Source: Octopus bimaculoides (Eukaryota). Taken from it: DNA of 47,926 bases. Positions 36,901 through 46,500 of the stretch are shown here, piece by piece. Position numbers and translations under genes: made by a program. Where the stretch lies: contig NC_068989.1 of NCBI RefSeq assembly GCF_001194135.2, positions 29,433,873 to 29,481,798 of the forward strand, in the 5' to 3' direction. The notes under the pieces are model-generated. The model made no database searches. It saw nothing but the letters and a program-made list of their open reading frames with translations, and was not told the origin of the DNA. Numbering within the stretch: position 1 is the first letter of the stretch; each line of letters starts with the position of its first letter.

Positions 36901-39900
36901 GGTCAGCTTTTTTACATTTATGCATTTCCAGCCACTTTTTGCAGCTAAGGCACACCCTCTGCATGATTCTGCAGATTCTTCAATGTCAAGGTCCATTGTT
37001 GGTCAATATACATAACTTCTCATTAATGATTTCATTCTCAAAATCCCTCAGTTACCAATATGAAATTGCTTTAATAATTGCTTTTGTAGTGCAGTTAGCA
37101 CAACTGTGCATACATCAACACATTGTCACTCTGTGAAAAATGGTTTGCATTTGTGTTGCACATATTTTTATCACTTTTAGTTTTCAGTATTTCTTTCATT
37201 TTTATAAGGAATTTATTGTTTTCTGATTTTTATTTTATGTCTTGTGAGGTAACTGGCAGTTTGCGAATGACGTTACACAAAACATTTTTAATTTCATTTT
37301 CCATTCGCAAAACAGCAATCATGGCATCTTCAAATGGTTCCGCATTTTTCAAAATCAGTCTTGATGACCATCTCTATATCTATACATTACTCAGAAGCGT
37401 CTGAAGCTATAACAATCCTCGCTGCAGGATTGAAGTGCTAACGACAAATCAGAAATTAATATTTTTTTTATTTCATCAAATGCCTCTTGACCGTTTTCCG
37501 ACCAATTCCATTTCACATCTTTTTTCAGCAGATTATTCAGTGGAACCACATATTTGCAATATAATTTTGGTAATAATTTGCCAATCCTAAAAATGCTTGT
37601 ATGGTTGCTATATTAGTCAAATGGGGTGTATTTTTAATTGTGTCTGCCCTTGTCAGGTCTGGTCAATGTCTATCTCTGTCAATGATTTGTCCTAAATATC
37701 TTATTTTCGGTAAGAGAAATTCACACTTTTCTTCATTCAAAGTAAAGCCATAATCCCTAATATTTTCAAATACATATTTTACACACTCTACATGTTGGTC
37801 CCTGTATTCGCTTTTAATGAGTATATCATCCAAATATGGAATTGCAAATTCACAGTCCACTAACATTGCAGCCATAATCTGGTGCGACTTTTAATCCAAA
37901 TGGTAACCTGTTGTATTTATACAGTCCTTTATGTGTGTTAATTGTTAGGTATTTAGAGCATTCGTTATCTACTCTAATTTGTAGATACGTGTCAGAGAGA
38001 TCTAACTGCTACCAACATGAACTGCCAATTGCTCATGGTTCTTTAATTTATAACAATGAGTCGGTCCACTGTTAGTCACTTGGTGGGGGTGGTTTGGAAT
38101 CCTTCCACAACAAAATGCATCATCATCATCGTCGTCGTCGTTTAACGTCTGCTTTCCATGCTAGCATGGGTTGCACGATTTGACTGAGGACTGGTGGACC
38201 AGGAGGCGACACCAGGCTCCAATCTGATTTAGCAGAGTTTCTACAGCTGGATGCCCTTCCTAATGCCAACCACTCCGAGAGTGTAGTGGGTGCTTTTACG
38301 TGCCACTGGCACGAGGGCCAGTCAGGCGGTACTGGCAACGGCCACGCTCAAAATGGTGTATTTTACATGCCACCTGTACAGGAGCCAGTCCATCGGCACT
38401 GGCAATGATCTCGCTCGAATGTCCCTTCACGTGCCAGGGAGGCGATGTTGGTAACGATTACGCTGGTGCTATTTACGTGCCACCGGCATGGAAACCAGAC
38501 AGCTGCTCTGGCAACGATCGCGCTCGGACGGTGCTCTTAGTGCCCCACTGGTAAAGGTGCCATCACGATTTCGCTTTCCTCAACAGGTCTTCACAAGCGG
38601 AATTTAGTGTCCAATGAAGGAATGTAACGCAGAAGTGGGCTGGCTACATCCCTGGCAGAGGCCTTAGATTTTGGTCTCACTTGGCTTGCCGGGTCTTCTC
38701 ACGCACAGCATATTTCCAAAGGTCACGGTCACAAGTCATTGCCTCGGTGAGGCCTAATGTTTGGAGGTTGTGCTTCACCACCTCATCCCAGGTCTTCCTA
38801 GGCCTGCCTCTTCCAAGGGTTCCCTCAACCGCTAGGGTGTGGCACTTTTTCATGCAGCTATCCTCATCCATTCTCGCCACATGTCCATACCAGCGCAATC
38901 GTCTCTCTTGCACACCACAACTGATGCTTCTTATGTTCAACTTTTCTCTCAAGGTACTTACACTCTGTCTAGTATGCACACTGACATTACTCATCCATGG
39001 AGCATACTGGCTTCATTCCTTGCGAGCTTACGCATGTCCTCAGCAGTCACAGCCCATGTTTCACTGCCATGTAGCATGGCTGTTCGTACCCATGTGTCAT
39101 ACAGTCTGCCTTTCACTCTGAGTGAGAGGCCCTTTGTTGTCAGCAGAGGTAAGAGCTCTCTGAACTTTGCTCAGGATATTCTTATTCTAGCAGCTACACT
39201 TTCAGCGCACCCTCCACCACTACTAACTTGGTCACCGAGATAGTGGAAGCTATCAACTACATCTAGTTTTTCTCCCTGGAATGAGACAGAAGCTGTTTTC
39301 TGCATATTTACAGTGTTTATTGCACCTGAACGTCTGCCACATACAAAAACTAACTTCCTAGTTAACCTGCCTTTGATATTGCTGCATCTCTTGTGTCCAT
39401 AGCTTGCACTGGGTACATCTTATAGAGTTTCTACCTACACCTTTTCTACAGATTGAGCAGGGCCATCTACCTGAAGGGGTTTGTGTTTTATCTACCTTCC
39501 TACTTATTAGGACTTTGGTTTTAGCTAGGTTGACTCTAAGGCCCTTCGATTCTAGTCCCTGCTTCCACACCTGAAACTTCTCCTTTAGTTCTGATAGTGA
39601 CTCAGCAATTAGTGCAAAGTCATCAGCATAGAGGCGCTCCCAGGGGCATCCTGTCTTGAATTCCTCTGTTATCGCCTGGAGGACTATGATAAATAGGAGG
39701 GGGCTGAGGACAGAACCTTGGTGGACCCCTATGTCTACCCGGAATTCATCACTGTACTCATTGCCAACCCTCACCTTACTGACAGCATCTCTGTACATTG
39801 CTCGCACAGCTCTCACTAAAGTATCAAATAAAAAATTGCTAAATAGTAGCAGATTTTAGAAACCAAATGGAACTATGACGTCAATGAAAACTGAATGAAT

Positions 39901-40473
39901 GAAAAAATGGCTGTTGCAGTGTGACAAGATGCGAGGTACTGGTCTAGATAAGCTAAACATTTAGTCTAACTTTACTTTCCTAAAAAAATTTCCTGGCAGT
40001 TTAAAAATAAAATAACCTAAAAAGTTCAAGGTTTAAATAGTGATGTAAACAGAAATATAAAATGTATACCTGTGAGAAACCAACAGCCCAGTTATTTCCT
40101 GCACCCCCTCCTTGCTTGCCAAGGAAAACATTTTCAGGGTTATATAGTTTGGCATAAGGAGATGACATGATAGTGTTAATAACTCTTGGTTCAAGGTCAA
40201 GGAGTACAGCACGGGGAATATAATGTTCATCATCAGCCTAGTAGTAGAAAGAATTACAATATAAATGCTGCAAATGATAGAATTTATTACATTCAATAAA
40301 TTATTGCAACACAATAATTATCTTAAAAATACACAATAGGGACAGGCGTGGCTATGTGGTAAAAAGCTTGCTTCCCAACCAGGCACCTTAGGCAAGTGTC
40401 TTCTACTATAGCCTCAGGCTGACCAAAGCCTTGTGAGTAGATTCGGCAGAGGGAAACTGAAAGAAGCCCATCG

Positions 40474-40521
<48 letters not shown>

Positions 40522-43500
40522 AATCGTCCAACCCATGCTAGCATGGAAAGCGGACGTTAAACGATGATGATGATGATGATGATATACATACCTACATATA
40601 TTTGTGTGTCTGTGTTTGTTCCCACACACACACCATCACTTGACAACCGATGTTGGTGTGTTTATGTCCCCGAAACTTAGTGGTTCGGCATAAGAGAATG
40701 ATAGAATAAGTACTAGGCTTACAAAGAATAAGTACTGGGGTCAATTTCGTCAACTAAAGGCAGTGCTTCAGCACACCCACATTCAAATGGCTGAAACAAG
40801 TAAATGAATAAAAGAATATCAGAAATATAGTGACCCATCAGAGTCACATAACTTTAGAAATTTTATCCATAACTAATTACAATTTGAATGATTTAGTTCA
40901 CTTGATTGAAAAGTCAATTTGCCACCAAGCCATCTTTGTCCAATGAAAATGTTACATTCCTAAGATAAAACTGACATCTGTGTTATGATCTCAGAATTAT
41001 ATCTCTAATCTTATTTAAAATGTTTAATTCATAATGCAAAACTTACAGTGCATCTGAAGAGATTTCCCTGCAAAGTTTTACATAAACAAGATTATGTTGA
41101 GAAACAGAAAATGTCTAGACTATCAAACTGAAAAATTAATTTCACTTTGTAACAGATGGTTTGTATTCACACCAATACATCTTCAGTAGGGTTCCAGCAA
41201 CATAATTGCAGGATATTTTCAATTTTGAATGAAGTGTCTCAAACAATTTATTCTACTTAATTTAAGAAATATCTGAATTTGAAGTCGTTTTAATTAAAAA
41301 AAAATAATAATCACAAACTTACTTGATAAAAAAATACATCCTTCCGATCTAAACCTTCTGTTGCAAAGTTTTCCAAAATACCTTCTGCAAGATAAAACAA
41401 TTTAATGCATGATTTAAACAGAATAAAAGAAAAAATTTTTTTAATTAACTCTAATCTTTTTTTCTTGCACCATGAATATCCTATGTCCACATTCAGTTTC
41501 AATATACAAGTGTTTCTTTAATTAGTCCTAGATTGATCAGCAATTGATTAATTGTTCAATTTATGATTCATAAAATATTTTTCTCAGGAACCTCAGCATA
41601 CAGATCATATCTATTGTTTACATAAGCAAAAACTCAGAAGATAACGAGCTCTTATTGATTAAATATAAAATGATGGTCGTCATCTAGCTTTTTTTCCACC
41701 TCTCAGATTTCTTGTATTTAAAGTGGCAATAGCAAATCTTCATAGTTTCTTAGTGTTGGAGATATTTAAAACTACTTTTTCTTACTATTTTGTTCTTTCA
41801 TGCGTATAATACTGTTCTATCATGTGCATAATACTGATTAAAATTTCTTTTTCCTTTTTTGCAAAGGTACAATATGTCACATTTATTGAGAAATAAGAAT
41901 GAAATCATTTAACACTCATGCACTTCTCAAAAGTGTTAGATGTTAATGGTTTCAACTAGGAATTTAAGCTGCAATATTCATTTACCCAACTAGAAATAAG
42001 CCTCTTTGGTGGAGTTTTCACCATACCTATCCAAACACTGATTAATTATATGTTCACATGACTTATTTGTACTGCTGCCTCATTTTACATAGCTATAAAC
42101 AAATTTCTTCCACACAAAGAAAGACATTTTTAAAAAACCCCAGAAAATTTAAGTTTTGTATGGTTTGAATTATTGCAAGTACTAACTTCTATCTGTAATT
42201 CTAAGGAATTTAGTTTCATAAAAAAAGGGTGGGAAGATGCTTGTTGTTTAGGCACCAGGTCAGCTGTGAAGGAGCAGATGTGGTTGAAAATATTTCAACA
42301 ATGTCAATCCATTGTTTTTTTTTTTCAGATGCAGTGTTATCTTATCCAATGTCTTTCCCTTTTCAAGACATTAGGTATGATTTGCGAGAGATTCCACTGG
42401 AGGTAAAGTAACGTGTAGGTGTTTCTTGCAATGTGAAAGGACAAATGTGGAAAAGGGAGGCAAAAAAAGAACAGAAGTGATGCTAAGAGAACTAGTTGAT
42501 GTGTCAGATGTTGAGAAACCAAGTTTGCACGCATCTATCCTAGTAACCATCAGAATTTAAGTATGAATGACAAAGTTAACATTTGGCAGAAGGTTAGGAT
42601 TAGTAGTAAACTAATAAACTAATAAGGCTGTTTAATTTTGAAGCAGATGTGGTCAAATGGTTGAGGAAAGTGAGATAAGGACTGGAAATGCAAAGACTAT
42701 CAGATAGGAATTTTATGCTACTATCTAGAGAGAGTTACTTTAGAATTATGTTTAAAAGTGAGTAAAGGAAGACAACCAATTACATGAAGGGAAAAGAAAA
42801 ACTAGTCTGAAAGAGGCTTTCACAGAGGTGAAAGTAAGCAAAGAAGGATTAAATGAATCAAGGAATAGATGGACATGTAAGCTAATGAGATTAGAACATT
42901 GGCTGGATATACTAGAGAGAGCTGAGATTCCTCATTAACATGAGTTCGAGAGTAAGGAGACTAGATTTCTTTTGGTAAATAATCATACAAAGAAATGGAG
43001 ACATATTCTAAATTTTTAAATTTGCTTATTATTATTATTTTTTTTTTGCAAGCTTGCCATTGTGTTAAGTGATCTTTAGATCAAGAGGAGACATGCAATG
43101 CAATGGTATGATATAGAGAGTAGGTATGGAAAAAAAGACAAAAAAAAAATGATGCCAGGTGAGGCACTTGACGTTAAAAAAGTCTATTTGCATCATTTTT
43201 GGTACCAATCAAATTCTATCTTTTTGTTTCATGTTATGATTTCTTTTGTGAAACTTCTAGTAAAGGACAAAATTAATTTAGACTAGATTATTTTGTTTTT
43301 CACCAATTTAACCACACTTTCTTGGTGAGGCGCAGTATAACAGAAGTGATATGAGAGATATGTCCATTGAGTAGGTCTAAGTGAGGCAGTAATAAAGTAT
43401 ACTACTTGATAGTAGTCTAGCAGATGGGGAGAGTAGGTGAGTGTTAGCTTGCCTAATAGCAGGGAGGCATTTTCTTGGATACATAACAAATATGACTTGA

Positions 43501-46500
43501 CAACTGTGTAAAAGAATTTATAAATTAATTCCTAACACATTATTTAGTTATTTCATCTCAACAATTAAACCATATTTCATTCCTACAGTTCTAAATCAAC
43601 ATATTCTCAAACTTACACCACTACACTCTCACTGGAGGCAATGGTACTTCATAGAGCATGTCATCATGTAATATAAAAAATAACATCAAACAAAAAATGG
43701 AAGATCAATACCTGGACTAATACCATGTTCTGCACACAACTGCTTCCAAAATTCCATGCCAACTGAGGAGAAAATAGATACATAGATAAATAAGTAACAT
43801 AATTTCAACAAATATTAGGGCTATTAATTGAAAAGCTACAGTTAAGTGTTGTTAGAATTTTTCTATCAAATGGCTGTAACTTGTCTATCAAGAAGTTATG
43901 TCCAGATCTCAACCCAATCGAATTACCCAGCATGAGAATATTGAATTTTAAAACGAAATTTTTTTAACTTACTTTAGTCATATTTAAGATATTTCAGCAC
44001 ACTCAGACATGTGAAGACCTGCTGCAGAAACATTCCTGGAAGAAAATTCTCTGAGATGTGTGTAAACACATTGGGTTGTGAATGATGATATTAGATCATA
44101 TGCAAACCTTTCACGGCAAAAATAGTCCTGGAGAAAATTCTCTTCCGAGAGGGCATGTGAAATGCATGAATCCTTACAACCCAATGATGTTTTCCCACAT
44201 TGTCTAGGAGAATTTTCTCCTGGGACTATTTTAGTGGAAGATCTTCACATGTCTGAGTGTATTTGAACATGTTCAATATGACTTTACATGAATAGATTTT
44301 ATTTACTGCTGCTTCAAGCAACCTTATTTATTATTCCAGTAAGTACATGAATAAATTCAGGATATATGTTAACTTTATTTTGGTATTCAAAATATAGCCT
44401 TATTAAACCTTGCTGAAATAGAATTATCAGTAATTAAATAATTCTAAGATCTCACCTGTGTGATAGATAGTATTGGTTATTAGCATATTTAATGCAAAGA
44501 GCATTAAAAAACCCAAAACAAAATCAAAAACCAGTGAGAAAAAACCATTTTGTATTAATGACTTTCATTTGCCCCATCAACAATAGGTAAAAACTCAAGA
44601 CAAGTTACTGCATTTTATCCTTACCTACTCACAGATGGTCTTTCATGCTGCTATTGCAAAACTAATTTGGTTTAGACATTAAAATAATTAAGAACTGAGT
44701 TTCTAAACATTGTTTTTCTGTACCAACAAACACACATTTCTGTATATTTACTTAGACAAAACATATGCAAAGGGGTCTTCCACACTTGCCAGAAAAATAA
44801 GAAAATAATAAATTTTTCACTCCTTTCATATTTGATTGCAAGTTAACTATTTAATAACTCTGCATTAAATATGCTAACACCCACTTAGCTACTATTTATT
44901 ATTCTGACAGCATTTAATTACTTTCATTTTGTTATAGCAGTATCAAAGACAAAACTTACAAAATACTAATAATACAATAATATAGAGTGCGTCAGCACTC
45001 TACATAAATTACAAACACCACAAAATAATTACATTTTTAATGTATATGCTACAGAAGCAGCATGACAAGATCAAATGTACATTTCTTCATGTAGTGAATA
45101 TTCCAGTTCAAATACTAATATTCTCTGCAAGGCCTAACTTTTTGGAAAAGAATTCATTTGACTGAATCAAATCAAATAATTTGCTTTTTGTTTCTATCAA
45201 TGGGAAATGAAATATCATAGTCATGAAACTTGTGCTAAATCAGAAATCACAATAAAATAAAAGTGTTCCGTCCATCTTCCTAACCAAAATGTAAATACTA
45301 CAAAAACTTTATAAATAATAAAGAAATTGTTGCAAGAGAAAGATAACACTGAAGTAGCTTCCCATTGCTAATTCCAAACCAATCAAACAAATTGAACTTA
45401 CAACAGTACCTATTTACAACCAGCTGTCCCCGAGCTGATAAGAGTAGTATTCACTAGGGAATGAAGTTTCAATTTAAGTGATGTAAAATAAAATATTAAA
45501 ACATTAAACTATCAGTTCAACACCTTTACTTAACCAGCATGAGTGGTTAGTTACACTTTTATGATTCTGAATTATTGAAATGACAAACATGGTACAGCAG
45601 TAATTCCAGAGACTAAATTTCATTTTAATTCACATATCACAAATACCTTTAGGAAAAGTAAACATCACAAACTATCATATTCACCAAAAATCTGTTCCAT
45701 ACCATAAATTTCCACCAGGACAAAGATTTACATTGCAACCAAGATACACAAGATTTTCAGATTCCAGCTAAGATTTTGTATATAAACAATCTGCAATAAA
45801 GAGGTGAGGGAGTGGAGTTTTTCAACAAATCCTAAGCATTACAATCTCAGCAATCCTCACAAGTAGTTTTCCCCAGCTCTTTTAGTTAATCAAGTTTCAA
45901 AGATAAAGATCCATATAGTTGTTTATTGCATAACCCAGCTATATAAAGTTTTTCATTAACTGAAAATTCCGAAAAATAAATAGTAATGAGGGGTTATATG
46001 GAGTGCTTAAGCCAAAATTCAACAAATACCCTTCAGTTGGAATAGTTTACGATTACATCGAGATTTCATATAAAAATTATAACCCTAATTAGCGAAGGTA
46101 AAGAATACGCACACCACCAGTTTTCGGCGGTTAGGGTTAGGTTCAGGGTTATACCGAAACTGGGTGGTGTGCGTATTCTTTACCCCCGCCTTTAATTTAC
46201 ACCATCTAAAATTAGCTGTGAAAAATTTCACTAAAATTCATTTTTCAGAAAGTTTATAAAAGAAATAACGTCGGTGAGGGGTGCCACACATCTGTAGTCA
46301 TGTCTAAAATTTTTATCCTACAGTATACAATATACTTGCACTGGAACCTGAATAGAAGTTACTGATTCCCTAGCTGGCTGACAATTTCAATTTACAAAAC
46401 GAAAAGTGTGTTTAAGATGTGCAGTTTAAATGAAAAGACGAGTTTTGAGACAGCCTCGGCGGTGTAGAATTTGAAGAAACAATAAACCTTCGACATACTA

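Noticed and set aside
42173-43489. Short ORFs in introns 2 and 1, and most other ORFs under 130 aa outside TEs
   Set aside because: They show no recognisable domain or splice-consistent structure, and are compatible with chance or antisense-to-TE frames.
40070-43712. Donors GTATAC and GTATTG as possible U12-type introns
   Set aside because: They do not match the U12 consensus GTATCCTT, so they are treated as ordinary U2 introns.
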